Source: an uncultured Phycisphaerales bacterium
GTDB lineage: Bacteria; Planctomycetota; Phycisphaerae; Sedimentisphaerales; Anaerobacaceae
Direction of reading: 5' to 3'
Assembly: GCA_963718665.1 (NCBI GenBank)
Contig: OY970359.1
Location: 2,048,001 to 2,112,000, forward strand
Length of the DNA stretch: 64,000 nucleotides
The translations under genes and the position numbers were made by a program. The notes under the pieces are model-generated. The model searched no databases and was not told where the DNA came from. It saw only the letters and a list, made by a program, of their open reading frames with translations. Shown here piece after piece: positions 48,309 to 58,168 of this stretch; position 1 is the stretch's first letter; each line of letters begins with the position of its first letter.

Positions 48309-50061
48309 TCAGGTTACTCCTTTTTTCGCATTTGGTTCGTTGTTTGAGACCGAGTCGCTCGATAATTATCTCTATTATGATTAAAACGAGACACAACTGA
48401 CAAGTAAAATCCAGCCACGGACCGTGTTTGCTGAAAAACGTGGTCCTCGCGTCAATCGGCACTATATCGGCAAACCAGCCCTTTACGCCTTGGCGGTCGA
48501 ACGCTTTTTGCGGAAGATTTCCGGCGGCGTAGCCGTTTTTAATCCGGCCAAGGGTGTCAATCATACAGCTTATCCCTGTGTTGACGCTTCGCAGCACCGC
48601 TAACCGGTTCTCCACCGCCCGAAAAGCGCAAATCGCCGCGTGCTGTGAAAGCTCGGTGGCGGGCAGGACTTTGCCGTTTTCGAATCGCACAAACCACCCG
48701 TCGTTGCTTATGTTCACAAGCCAGTCGATTTGCTTTTGGCCTTTCTCATCCAGTGCGAATTTTCTCGCCATAACGGGCACCGCGTCCTCGTAGCAAATCA
48801 TTACGCTGAATCTGTATTTGCGGTTCGTATTCGGCGTCTGCATATCAAACACCGTGTATTGCGTGCCCGGGTCAATCGTATAATCGAAATCGTAAGGCGA
48901 CATTGTCAGGAACAGCTTGTGAACCAGCGGAATATTTGAAAAGGGGAGCATCTCGCCGAAGGGCACGAGATATATTTTCGAGTACTTTTGAGGCGCCTGG
49001 CTGCCGTCGGGCTTATACAAAAAAGCGGAGTTAAATTTCTGCGCAAGCCGGATGTTATTTGCGTCGTATCGTGGTGTGGCGTCGTATGCTCCGGCCAGAA
49101 TGTACGCTCCCTTTTTCGCGTGCTCGCGGATTGTTTCATCGAATAACTTATAGGGATGGTCATCAACCAAGAGACGCAAAATCTGCGGGTTCAATATCGA
49201 CTGCACCATTGTCTCGGGCCAGACGACAAGTTTTGCGTTTGCCGAGATACACTGGCTGCTTTGCTCCAGCAGCTCATTGAAAATCTGTTCTTCCGCGACA
49301 AACGATTTCTTGACGGATATCGGGATGTTTGTCTGCACCGCCCCAATTAACGGCCCCTGTGTGACGAATTGAGCCGACTGGTTTATTCGCCAGTGACCAT
49401 AAACGATAGTTCCGGCGATTGCCGCGGCAACGATTAAAATTGAGAATTTAGAATTGAGAATGTAGAAACGCCCCCAGGATCCGATTGGTTTTTTTTCTGA
49501 ATTCTGAATTCTAAATTCTAAATTCTTGGCTGAGATTATTATATCAGCTAACAACCCATTAACCATCGCTACCAGGAACGAAACGCCCGCTGCGCCGAAT
49601 ATGTCGGCTATCTGGATTAGAGTGGTATTTGCGTATTGGCTGTGAGCGAGATAATTCCAGTAGAAGCCGCCTAAGAAAAGCCCCTGCATTTGCTCGATAC
49701 CCACAATAAGGACGGGTACGGCGATGAAAAGCGGGAATTGTTTCTTAATGCACCATCGCAAAGATAACGCCAGTAAAGGCCAAAGCAGGGCGGTATAAAG
49801 GCAAAATGCAATCCAGCCCACGACTGTTACAAAGCTCATCCAGTATATATTGCCGAGCCAGTAACAGGTCGCGACAGCAAAGGCGGTCAGATAAAGCTTG
49901 GACGGCTTAGTTTCAAAGAAGCAAACAAGAATAAACGGCACATACGCCACCCATGCCAATGGCCACCAGCCAATCGGCTGCTGCGCCAGCGTCAACATTA
50001 TCGCTGTCGCAGCAAACGCGGCGAAAAGACACAAAATCTCTTTCGTTTTTTGGATGCTCAA
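48280..50061 (-). CDS. lnt: apolipoprotein N-acyltransferase with an in-frame repeat insertion
   Basis: WPE, K.YLVPFGE, ICYED, NISNDGWF and RAVENR motifs. Confidence 0.93.
   Translation of the reverse strand: MSIQKTKEILCLFAAFAATAIMLTLAQQPIGWWPLAWVAYVPFILVCFFETKPSKLYLTAFAVATCYWLGNIYWMSFVTVVGWIAFCLYTALLWPLLALSLRWCIKKQFPLFIAVPVLIVGIEQMQGLFLGGFYWNYLAHSQYANTTLIQIADIFGAAGVSFLVAMVNGLLADIIISAKNLEFRIQNSEKKPIGSWGRFYILNSKFSILIVAAAIAGTIVYGHWRINQSAQFVTQGPLIGAVQTNIPISVKKSFVAEEQIFNELLEQSSQCISANAKLVVWPETMVQSILNPQILRLLVDDHPYKLFDETIREHAKKGAYILAGAYDATPRYDANNIRLAQKFNSAFLYKPDGSQAPQKYSKIYLVPFGEMLPFSNIPLVHKLFLTMSPYDFDYTIDPGTQYTVFDMQTPNTNRKYRFSVMICYEDAVPVMARKFALDEKGQKQIDWLVNISNDGWFVRFENGKVLPATELSQHAAICAFRAVENRLAVLRSVNTGISCMIDTLGRIKNGYAAGNLPQKAFDRQGVKGWFADIVPIDARTTFFSKHGPWLDFTCQLCLVLIIIEIIIERLGLKQRTKCEKRSNLNGKETSGKK
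49434..49526. repeat. inverted pair of heptamer arrays inside lnt
   Basis: (agaatt[tg])x3-4, spacer, then (ttct[ga]aa)x4. Confidence 0.75.
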
Positions 50062-51008
50062 TCCATTATGCCTTTCAAGGCAGTCACTATCTCCGAAGAG
50101 ACATACTGTTTTTGATTGTTCATTCGGATGGCAAACTGGTTTGTGAAAAGTTCGAGCAAATCTTTATCAGACAGTACCTGTTTTGGTGAGTATCCGATAT
50201 CCGGTATAAGCCGTTTTAATTCGCCTATTTCGACTATATTCAATTTGTGTTCTTTTTCATTATTCACGCGGGTATCGAGTTGTGCCAGTCGTTGCCTTGC
50301 TTTTTTGACGTAATCGGCGGAGATTTCGATTCCCACGTAGTTTCTCCGCAGTTTTCTCGCTGCGACCGCTGTTGTTCCTGAGCCGACGAACGGGTCGAGA
50401 ACGCAGTCGCCGGCGTTTGAGCTTGCTGCGATGATTCTCATCAGCAACTGTTCAGGCATCTGGCAGGGGTGCCAGCCGGTTCGCTCTTTGAATGTCCCGC
50501 ATACCCGCGAGTCCTCCCATACGTCGTCGGGGATCTTACCCGCCGGGTTAGCTCGCCTATCGTCATAAATCAACTGCCGGTCCGACGGGACTCGCACGGC
50601 GTGGTCGTTGAATGTGAAGTTTTTCGGATTATTCACAAAGTAAAATATATGCGTATGCGAGCGGGCGAACTTGTCTTTTGTCTGCTGGCCAAAGGTGTAG
50701 TGCCAGATTATCCAGTTGCGCATTACAAGGGCCAGTTCATCGGTGATGACCTTCACATTCGCAGCGTAGTCATCGCCTATGGCGATATAAAACGAACCGG
50801 TTGGCTTTAAGACCCTTTTGCACGCGGTCATCCAGTCCTTTGTCCACGCGATGTAGTTATTGCGTTCGACCTTGTCGTGATATTTATCGTATTTGTATCC
50901 GATATTGAAAGGCGGGTCTGCGAATATCAAATCCGCGAATGGTTCGCTGACTTTATTTAGCACATCGATACAATCGCCGCAAATTATCTTATTCAATAAT
51001 TCCTGCAT
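50058..51008 (-). CDS. orphan beta-class N6A/N4C DNA methyltransferase
   Basis: IFADPPFN, HPCQMP and LDPFVGSGTT motifs; its stop overlaps the lnt start. Confidence 0.88.
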   Translation of the reverse strand: MQELLNKIICGDCIDVLNKVSEPFADLIFADPPFNIGYKYDKYHDKVERNNYIAWTKDWMTACKRVLKPTGSFYIAIGDDYAANVKVITDELALVMRNWIIWHYTFGQQTKDKFARSHTHIFYFVNNPKNFTFNDHAVRVPSDRQLIYDDRRANPAGKIPDDVWEDSRVCGTFKERTGWHPCQMPEQLLMRIIAASSNAGDCVLDPFVGSGTTAVAARKLRRNYVGIEISADYVKKARQRLAQLDTRVNNEKEHKLNIVEIGELKRLIPDIGYSPKQVLSDKDLLELFTNQFAIRMNNQKQYVSSEIVTALKGIMD

Positions 51009-51190
51009 ACGGACACATTGTAACTCAAAACCCTGTTCTTGCAAGCTTACCCTCGAATGTCTTAATCGGGGGTTTTAAGCAGGGGTCAAAACTTAAAACT
51101 TTCGGCATTGTTATTGACCAGAAGAGTAACGACCCGGAGGTGTGGACTATCACACGGCGGAAAAATGGCGTGGTTGGGTTAAAAAAAGAA

Positions 51191-51254
51191 ACCCGCCTTC
51201 GTTGGCCCTCCGTCGAACTATGCGCTATGTAGGGCAGGTACTACGGCGGATGAA
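51191..51254. repeat. nested palindromic element, copy 2
   Basis: ccgccttcgttggccctccgtcgaactatgcgctatgtagggcaggtactacggcgga, matching 21338-21402. Confidence 0.8.
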
Positions 51255-51329
51255 CCCCCAAGCCCTGTTGATTGGGGATTGGGGATTAATCGCGAATCGA
51301 TTTAGGTATTCGTAAGCCGGCTTATTTTA

Positions 51330-51545
51330 TTATACTTCCATCTGAGGGGTTTCGGCAGGTGCGGGGGTGGTTACAGCGGGGGCAGTGCTTTTGCTTTTAT
51401 GATGAAGTTTCACGGCATGGTGGCTTTTTTGAGAGGTGGCAACCGCTTTGTGATGATGGTGTTTGCTCTTGGCGAAGGCGGTATTGCTGCCGGCAAACGC
51501 GAGAGTCAACGTGAGGAGAATGATAGCAATTGTTCTGAGTTTCAT
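51330..51545 (-). CDS. small secreted His/Lys-rich protein
   Basis: Signal peptide MKLRTIAIILLTLTLAFAGSNTAFA followed by KSKHHHHK. Confidence 0.65.
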   Translation of the reverse strand: MKLRTIAIILLTLTLAFAGSNTAFAKSKHHHHKAVATSQKSHHAVKLHHKSKSTAPAVTTPAPAETPQMEV

Positions 51546-51864
51546 TTTTTCACCCTTTCTGAAATATATTTTTTTTAGAATGCCTTCGGGCACATCACCC
51601 TTTTATTATTCAATCCGGAACGGACACGTATCCGCAGGAGGAAAGGCATTAAAACATAAGTAATGTTTTCGTCCGAATATATTTGATTTCTTGAGAGGAA
51701 ATCGTGCACTTTTCAATATTTCGTGGTGCCGGGGGCTTGTTGAACAAGAAAGGGCATATTGAGGTCGGACCCTTCGATAAACTCAGGGCAGGCAAGTGCT
51801 TGCTATTATCTTAATTTTGGCTATACTGGTGGGTCAGCAAGTCACAAATGGAAAGGGTAGTGCG

Positions 51865-52344
51865 ATGGCGCAATGGGATGAGCAGTTTAGCAAATTAAAG
51901 CAAATAATAGAAATGATGAATGACCATAACCTTGTTGAGATACAGATAAAACAGGGCGAGGAGGAGCTTTGCGTCAAGAAGGCGCAGCCGGTGCAGCAGA
52001 TTACGGCGGTGCCGATGTTCGGCGCGGGATTGGCCGGCGCATCGCCGGGGGCGGCGGCTCCTGCGGCGGGGCAGGCGCAGGAACCGGTATCGCAGGAAGA
52101 GAAGCCCGCGGAGATAAAATCGCCGTTAGTAGGGACCTTTTACGCCCAGCCCAGCCCGGATTCGGAGCCGTATGTTGAGCTTGGTTCGCGGGTTGAGCCG
52201 GATACGGTGGTTTGTATTATCGAAGCGATGAAGGTGATGAACGAGATAAAGGCGGAGATGAGCGGGGTTATCGTCGATGTTGTGGCGGCCAATGGCAGTG
52301 CGGTCGAGTATGGGCAGGTGCTGTTCAAAGTGCGACCCGATTAG
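51865..52344 (+). CDS. accB: acetyl-CoA carboxylase biotin carboxyl carrier protein
   Basis: SPLVGTFY and EAMKVMNEI motifs. Confidence 0.95.
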   Translation: MAQWDEQFSKLKQIIEMMNDHNLVEIQIKQGEEELCVKKAQPVQQITAVPMFGAGLAGASPGAAAPAAGQAQEPVSQEEKPAEIKSPLVGTFYAQPSPDSEPYVELGSRVEPDTVVCIIEAMKVMNEIKAEMSGVIVDVVAANGSAVEYGQVLFKVRPD

Positions 52345-52376
52345 TCATTTATGATTTCTGATTGTTGATTTGTGAA

Positions 52377-53714
52377 ATGTTTTCAAGAGTTCTAATAGCG
52401 AATCGTGGTGAAATAGCGTTGCGTGTTATCCGGGCTTGTCATGAGCTTGGGATAGCCGCGGTGGCGGTGTATTCGGAGGCGGACAAGGGTGCGGCGTATC
52501 TTGATATGGCAGACGAGGCGATATGCATCGGGCCTGCTGTGCCGGCACAGAGTTATCTTAATATACCGCGAATAATGAGCGCGGCGGAGATTACCAACGC
52601 CGACGCGATACATCCGGGGTATGGGTTTCTGGCGGAGAATGAGAATTTTGCGCAGATTTGCCGGGAGTGCGGGATAACGTTTATCGGGCCGCCTCCTGAG
52701 GCAATGCGGCTGCTCGGAGACAAAGTTGAGGCGAGGAAGTTAGCGAAGAAAGCAGGGGTAAGTTTGGTGCCCGGTTCTGACGGCGTTGTTGAGAACATCG
52801 AGCAGGGTTTGAAGATAGCGGCTGGAATAGGATACCCTGTGATGATAAAGGCAGTGGCGGGCGGCGGCGGGCGCGGGATGCGGGTGGCTCATAATGAGAT
52901 GAGTTTTCGCTCGGGGTTCGCGTCGGCGCAGGCGGAAGCGGATGCGGCATTCGGGGATGGTTCTGTGTATCTCGAAAAGCTGATTGTTGAGCCGAGGCAC
53001 GTCGAGGTGCAGGTGATGGCGGACGGGACAGGCAACGTGCTGCATTTTTACGAGAGGGATTGCTCGATACAGCGAAGACATCAGAAGATGATTGAGGAAT
53101 CGCCATGTCCGGTCATAAATGAAAAGACGCGTCAGAAGCTTTGTGAGTCGGCGATACGGATTATCAAACACGCAAACTATGTAAACGCGGCGACGGTCGA
53201 GTTCCTTTTGGACAAGGACAAACATTTTTATTTCATCGAGGTCAATACGAGGATTCAGGTCGAGCACCCGGTATCGGAGATGGTTACGGGACGGGATTTA
53301 ATCAAGATGCAGTTACAGGTGGCATCGGGGGAGAAGCTGGGGCTGACGCAGAAGGATATTAAGCACAGGGGCGTGGCGATTGAGTGCCGGATAAACGCGG
53401 AGGACCCGGCGAATGGTTTTTCGCCTTGTCCGGGGACGATAACGCGATATATCCCGCCCGGCGGGCCAGGGATTAGAGTCGATACGCATGTCTATCAGGG
53501 CTGGACGGTGTCGCCGAATTACGATTCGATGCTGTGCAAGCTGATTGCGTATCAGCCGACGAGAGATGAGGCGATTGCGACGATGCGGAGGGCGTTGTCG
53601 GAATTTGTTATTGAGCCGATTAAGACGACAATACCGGCGAGCTTGTCGATTCTCTCTCATAACCTGTTTGTTAAGAGCAAGATTGACACGGAATTTGTCG
53701 AGAGGAATTTCTAA
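52377..53714 (+). CDS. accC: biotin carboxylase
   Basis: [35 protein letters not shown] and NTRIQVEH motifs. Confidence 0.96.
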   Translation: MFSRVLIANRGEIALRVIRACHELGIAAVAVYSEADKGAAYLDMADEAICIGPAVPAQSYLNIPRIMSAAEITNADAIHPGYGFLAENENFAQICRECGITFIGPPPEAMRLLGDKVEARKLAKKAGVSLVPGSDGVVENIEQGLKIAAGIGYPVMIKAVAGGGGRGMRVAHNEMSFRSGFASAQAEADAAFGDGSVYLEKLIVEPRHVEVQVMADGTGNVLHFYERDCSIQRRHQKMIEESPCPVINEKTRQKLCESAIRIIKHANYVNAATVEFLLDKDKHFYFIEVNTRIQVEHPVSEMVTGRDLIKMQLQVASGEKLGLTQKDIKHRGVAIECRINAEDPANGFSPCPGTITRYIPPGGPGIRVDTHVYQGWTVSPNYDSMLCKLIAYQPTRDEAIATMRRALSEFVIEPIKTTIPASLSILSHNLFVKSKIDTEFVERNF

Positions 53715-53727
53715 TCGACCTGTAGGA

Positions 53728-55005
53728 TTATTTTTCCAGGGCAATCAAATCATTGTAGGATTCGCGTTTTCGGATAATCTCAAATTTATCGCCATCGACG
53801 AGGACTTCGGCTGCGCGGCCGCGGGCGTTGTAGTTGCTGGACATAGTGAAGCCATAAGCGCCGGCGGTGAAGATGGAGAGTAAATCGCCTCGTTTAACGG
53901 GGGGCAATGCCCTGTCTTTGGCGAAGAAATCGGCGGGTTCGCAGATCGGACCGACGACGTCAACAAACTCCAGCCCTTTAATATCGAGCTTTTCAGTTCT
54001 TTTTATGTAAGAGAATCTTTCCTCAACCGTTGCGGGCCAGATGAAGTGAAACGCGTTGTACAGCGGGGGCCTGATGAGGTCGTTCATACCGGCATCGACG
54101 ATGACGAATTTTTTGCTTCCGCTTGTTTTACAATACAGGACTTTTGTCAGCAAAACAGCGGCATTGGCGGCGACGCTTGCGCCGGGTTCGAGGATGAGTT
54201 TGAGTTTTTTGTCCTTGAGCATCGGTACGATTGCTTTGGCGTAGTCATCGGCTGATGGGGATTGTGCGGTGACGTAGTCGGCGCCATAGCCGCCTCCGAT
54301 ATCGAGCGTCTCAATTGTGAAGTCCTTTTTTCGCAATTTATCCACAAGGGCCAGAATTTTATTAATCGCCTCGACGTATGGCCCAACGGTATGGCCCGCG
54401 GAGCCGAGGTGCATATCGATTGCGCACAGTTTGACTGCGGAATTTTTACCGAACTGGTCGAAAACTTTTTCCGCCCGTTCGATATCGACGCCGAATTTGG
54501 TTTCTTTGACGCCGGTGGTTGTATATTTATGCGTTTTGGGGTCGACGTCGGGATTGACGCGAAGTGCGGCTTTAGGAGTTTTACCTTTTTGCTTGGCAAG
54601 GCAGATTAGATTTTCAAGCTCTGCCTCGGATTCGATGTTGAAATAGGCAATGCCGGCATCGAGGGCTTCGATGATTTCTTTGTCGGTTTTGCCGACGCCT
54701 GCGTAAACGATTTTCGCGGGGTCGGCGCCCGCCTTGAGTGCGCGGTAAAGCTCGCCGCCGCTGACGATGTCGAAGCCGTAGCCCGCTTTTGCCATAAATT
54801 TGAGTATGTTGATGTTGCCGCAGGCCTTAATTGCATAGCAGACCGTTGTGTCGATTGTGTTGTAGGCGTGCTGAATTTTCCTGAGGTGTTCGAGGAACGT
54901 GGCCTTGCTATAGATATATACCGGCGTGCCGACCTGCTCGGCTATTTTGTCAACCGGCACCTGCTCCGCGAAGAGCTTACTTTGTTTGTAATTAAAATGA
55001 TCCAT
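53728..55005 (-). CDS. lysA: diaminopimelate decarboxylase
   Basis: YAIKA PLP lysine, DIVSGGEL, HLGS, EPG, GPICE and GAYG.TMSSNYN motifs. Confidence 0.95.
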   Translation of the reverse strand: MDHFNYKQSKLFAEQVPVDKIAEQVGTPVYIYSKATFLEHLRKIQHAYNTIDTTVCYAIKACGNINILKFMAKAGYGFDIVSGGELYRALKAGADPAKIVYAGVGKTDKEIIEALDAGIAYFNIESEAELENLICLAKQKGKTPKAALRVNPDVDPKTHKYTTTGVKETKFGVDIERAEKVFDQFGKNSAVKLCAIDMHLGSAGHTVGPYVEAINKILALVDKLRKKDFTIETLDIGGGYGADYVTAQSPSADDYAKAIVPMLKDKKLKLILEPGASVAANAAVLLTKVLYCKTSGSKKFVIVDAGMNDLIRPPLYNAFHFIWPATVEERFSYIKRTEKLDIKGLEFVDVVGPICEPADFFAKDRALPPVKRGDLLSIFTAGAYGFTMSSNYNARGRAAEVLVDGDKFEIIRKRESYNDLIALEK

Positions 55006-55077
55006 ACGGGAACATAGTATAAGAAAAGATAAAGCAAATGCAAGGTTGAGGATTGGCGGCCGGGGTGTTTTTGGCGC

Positions 55078-55128
55078 AAAGAAAAAGTGGAAGATTCCGT
55101 ATCAGTTACGTTGGGACCTTCCACTTTC
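55078..55128 (-). terminator. intrinsic terminator between the Lys-rich peptide and lysA
   Basis: Minus-strand AAAGTGGAAG...CTTCCACTTT stem running into TTCTTT. Confidence 0.7.
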
Positions 55129-55165
55129 CGCATAACCTTTGCCGGCTTAAGCCGGAAGCGTTATG

Positions 55166-55225
55166 CTATTTTCTCCTTTTCTTCTTTGCAGTTTTCTTCT
55201 TTGCAGCTTTTTTCTTCTTTGCCAT
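55166..55225 (-). CDS. 19-aa Lys-rich peptide MAKKKKAAKKKTAKKKRRK (candidate lysA leader peptide)
   Basis: GGAGGT SD 8 nt before the ATG; TAG stop; upstream promoter; not in the ORF track. Confidence 0.7.
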   Translation of the reverse strand: MAKKKKAAKKKTAKKKRRK

Positions 55226-55278
55226 TGTTTGTTACCTCCATATGGCACAAAAACCAGTTTACGTACAATAACATAAAA

Positions 55279-55307
55279 AATTTAGAACTCACCAGCCGAA
55301 TTGTCAA
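55279..55307 (-). promoter_or_regulatory. sigma70-type promoter for the Lys-rich peptide
   Basis: TTGACA-N17-TAAATT on the minus strand. Confidence 0.6.
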
Positions 55308-55421
55308 AGAGGCAAAAAGTAGTAGCTATACTTTCTATCGTCCAAATACCTAAGAATCCTTCAAAGAAATTTTTGTTGATATGGTTTTAAGTAACGCAAG
55401 AATCGTTTATGATGGCGAATT

Positions 55422-56051
55422 ATGAGCGAAAAAAGAATAGCTTTATTTGGCGGAACGTTTGACCCGATTCATCTCGGTCACACAACCGTTGCCGCCGCAG
55501 CGGGCGAAGGTATTGGCGCAGACAAAGTCATATTTGTTCCTGCGAAGCGTTCGCCGTTGAAGGCGTTTTTCCCGGAGGCCGGCGACGAGGACCGTCTGGC
55601 AATGATTAAGCTCGCGACGGAGGGCAACGGCAGGTTCGGGTTCAGTGATTACGAGCTGAAGAAGGCGGGGCCGAGTTATACGCTGGAGACCGTAAGATAT
55701 TTTAAACGGGAGCTTGGGAGCAATGTTTCGATTTGGTGGCTTATAGGCGCCGATACTCTTGAGGATTTACCGCATTGGTATGGGGTTACGGAGCTGATTG
55801 ACGAATGTAACCTTGCTGTGATGCACAGGGCGGGTTTTGCGGCGTCGGATTTTTCGAAGTATATTTCGCTTTGGGGAGAGAGCCGGGTTAAAAAGATGCA
55901 GCGAAACGTTGTTGAAACGCCGTTAGTCGATATCAGCAGCACCGAGGTTCGAAAGCGATTAGCGGCGGGGCGTGAGGTCGGCGGGATGATAAGCCCGAAG
56001 GTGCTGCAATATATCCGCGAACATCGGCTGTATGGGATACGGGACTATTAG
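55422..56051 (+). CDS. nadD: nicotinate-nucleotide adenylyltransferase
   Basis: FGGTFDPIHLGH, SYTLET, IGAD and ISSTEVR motifs. Confidence 0.95.
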   Translation: MSEKRIALFGGTFDPIHLGHTTVAAAAGEGIGADKVIFVPAKRSPLKAFFPEAGDEDRLAMIKLATEGNGRFGFSDYELKKAGPSYTLETVRYFKRELGSNVSIWWLIGADTLEDLPHWYGVTELIDECNLAVMHRAGFAASDFSKYISLWGESRVKKMQRNVVETPLVDISSTEVRKRLAAGREVGGMISPKVLQYIREHRLYGIRDY

Positions 56052-56734
56052 CGGGGCCGTGTTTTTTTCGATAGTTTCGTCAGTTTGTTAGCAGCCAGTT
56101 TATCCAGCCAGCCACACCACTGTTTCATACCCTCACCAGTTTTTGCGGATACGAGGAATATTTTTGTTTTTTTATTCAGTTTGGAAATGTCGGCTTTGGC
56201 TTTTTTGATATTGAAGTCGGTGGCGTCGAGGATGTCTATTTTGTTGATGAGCACGGCGGCGGCCCTGGCGAAAATCATCGGGTATTTGGCGGGTTTGTCG
56301 TCGCCTTCGGGGACGGAGAGGACGGCTATTTTGTCGGTTTCGCCGAGGTCGAATGTCGAGGGGCAGACGAGGTTGCCGACGTTTTCGATGAAGAGCAAAT
56401 CGAGACTGTCGATGGGGAGCTTGTGAAAGGCGTGGCTAATCTGGGCAGCGGACAAATGGCAGGCGCCGTCGGTATTAATTTGATGGGCGGGTGCGCCGGC
56501 TTTCCTGATGCGTTTGGCGTCGATATCGGTCTGGATGTCGCCTTCGATGACGCCGATTTTTAGTTTACCCCTGAGAGTTTCGATTGTTTTTGCGAGCAGG
56601 GTGGTTTTGCCTGAACCGGGCGACGAAATCACGTTGAGGCAGGGAATTTTGCGGTCTTTAAGAAACGAGCGGTTTTTTGCTGCGTATTCTTCGTTGGCGA
56701 TAAGGATTTTCCTGCGGACTTTTATTTTGCGCAT
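56048..56734 (-). CDS. hypB: hydrogenase nickel incorporation GTPase HypB
   Basis: SSPGSGKT, CHL, ENVGNLVCP, EGDDKP and NKID motifs. Confidence 0.95.
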   Translation of the reverse strand: MRKIKVRRKILIANEEYAAKNRSFLKDRKIPCLNVISSPGSGKTTLLAKTIETLRGKLKIGVIEGDIQTDIDAKRIRKAGAPAHQINTDGACHLSAAQISHAFHKLPIDSLDLLFIENVGNLVCPSTFDLGETDKIAVLSVPEGDDKPAKYPMIFARAAAVLINKIDILDATDFNIKKAKADISKLNKKTKIFLVSAKTGEGMKQWCGWLDKLAANKLTKLSKKTRPR

Positions 56735-56735
56735 T

Positions 56736-57080
56736 TCATTTATCCTCGAATGTTATTTCTTCAAGTAAGAGCGGCGCGTCGGGCAGCAACTCGAAATCAT
56801 CGTGCCGGCACTTCGGGCATTTTGACTCGTGCAGGTCGAACTCGAATGTCGCGCGGCACTTTTTACATCTGGCTTTTATCGGCTTTTGCTCGATATCAAG
56901 TTTTAAATTTTCGCAGACGGTATCTTTGCTGATGGTCTCGAAGGCGAATTTCAGGGTCTCGGTATTTATGGCGTTAAACACGCCGCAGCTTATTTTGGCG
57001 GCGAGAGGCCTGGCTTTTTGTTTTTTTGCTTCAGCCGATATGGCTTTGAGGATGAATTGAGCGACGGTTGCTTCGTGCAT
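56736..57080 (-). CDS. hypA: hydrogenase nickel metallochaperone HypA
   Basis: MHE N-terminus and two CxxC pairs. Confidence 0.92.
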   Translation of the reverse strand: MHEATVAQFILKAISAEAKKQKARPLAAKISCGVFNAINTETLKFAFETISKDTVCENLKLDIEQKPIKARCKKCRATFEFDLHESKCPKCRHDDFELLPDAPLLLEEITFEDK

Positions 57081-58168
57081 CAGCAAATCCTCGGCAATTC
57101 TCTGCCGTACGGCATCTGGACAATTCTTCTGCCGCCGATTCTGGTGATTGTTTCAACAACGGGAGCATCATCGGTCTTGAGGACTTCTCCGATTATAGCC
57201 GTTTGTTGTCCAAGAGGATGCCGGCGGCAGATATTGACGCAGTCATCGGCGATTTCGGGGGCGACGATGGCGACGAACTTGCCTTCGTTTGCGATGTTCA
57301 GGACATCAAAACCGAGTGCGTCGGCGGCCGCCTGGACCGTCGGGTTAATTGGGATATCGGCGTCATTAATTCTGATGTCGAACGAGGTTTGCAAGGCGAT
57401 TTCGTTGAGCGTTGCGGCGAGTCCTCCGCGGGTGGGGTCTCGCATAAATTTTACCCCGTTAGAAACTGTTGGATAGTGTAGTTGAATATCGTTGTGGTTA
57501 TTTTTTCTAACGGGGTGAACGCCTTTGGTCTCGGTGAGCAGCTTACAGGTCAAGTCAGCAAGGGCGGCACAGTCGCTTTTGAGCTGCGATTTAAAGCCGA
57601 TGTCCTGCCGCAGTGACATAATGGTCATACCGTGGTCGCCGATTGAGCCGTTGATTAAGATTTTATCGCCTGCTTTGATGTTGCCAAAGCCCAGTTCGAC
57701 CCCCTCAAGGCGGACACCGATACCCGCGGTGTTGATAAATATCTGGTCTGCGGCGCCGGTTTCAACGGTTTTGGTGTCACCTGTAACAATCGCGACGTTG
57801 TTTTGGGCGGCGGTTGCGGCGATGCTGTCTAAAATTTTATCCAGCACGTCAAACGCGAGGCCTTCCTCGATAATTAGGGCCAGCGATATCGCGACAGGTC
57901 TTGCACCGCTGACGGCGAGGTCGTTTATCGTTCCGCATACGGCGAGTTTTCCGATGTCGCCTCCGGGGAAAAACAACGGCTTTACGACGTAACTATCGGT
58001 AGTGAAGCAGATTGATTTTGAATCGAGATTCAGTTTGGCGGAGTCGGTAAGTTCGGCGAGGGTGTTGTTGGCGAATCTTGGGAGTATATGTTTGCGGATG
58101 AACTGGTCGCTGAGCTGTCCTCCTCCGCCGTGCGCAAGCAGGATTTTGTCGTGCACATTCTGGCTCAT
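57080..58168 (-). CDS. hypE: carbamoyl dehydratase HypE with an in-frame palindromic insertion
   Basis: AHGGGG, TTDSYVV.PLFFPGGDIG, MRDPTRGG and C-terminal PRIC motifs; true start at 58168. Confidence 0.95.
   Translation of the reverse strand: MSQNVHDKILLAHGGGGQLSDQFIRKHILPRFANNTLAELTDSAKLNLDSKSICFTTDSYVVKPLFFPGGDIGKLAVCGTINDLAVSGARPVAISLALIIEEGLAFDVLDKILDSIAATAAQNNVAIVTGDTKTVETGAADQIFINTAGIGVRLEGVELGFGNIKAGDKILINGSIGDHGMTIMSLRQDIGFKSQLKSDCAALADLTCKLLTETKGVHPVRKNNHNDIQLHYPTVSNGVKFMRDPTRGGLAATLNEIALQTSFDIRINDADIPINPTVQAAADALGFDVLNIANEGKFVAIVAPEIADDCVNICRRHPLGQQTAIIGEVLKTDDAPVVETITRIGGRRIVQMPYGRELPRIC
57450..57519. mobile_element. 70-bp MITE-like element with terminal inverted repeats inside hypE
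   Basis: tttaccccgttagaaa ... tttctaacggggtgaa. Confidence 0.75.

Noticed and set aside
55010..55300. lysine (L-box) riboswitch upstream of lysA
   Set aside because: No recognisable L-box multi-helix consensus; the space is occupied by a short ORF and two hairpins.
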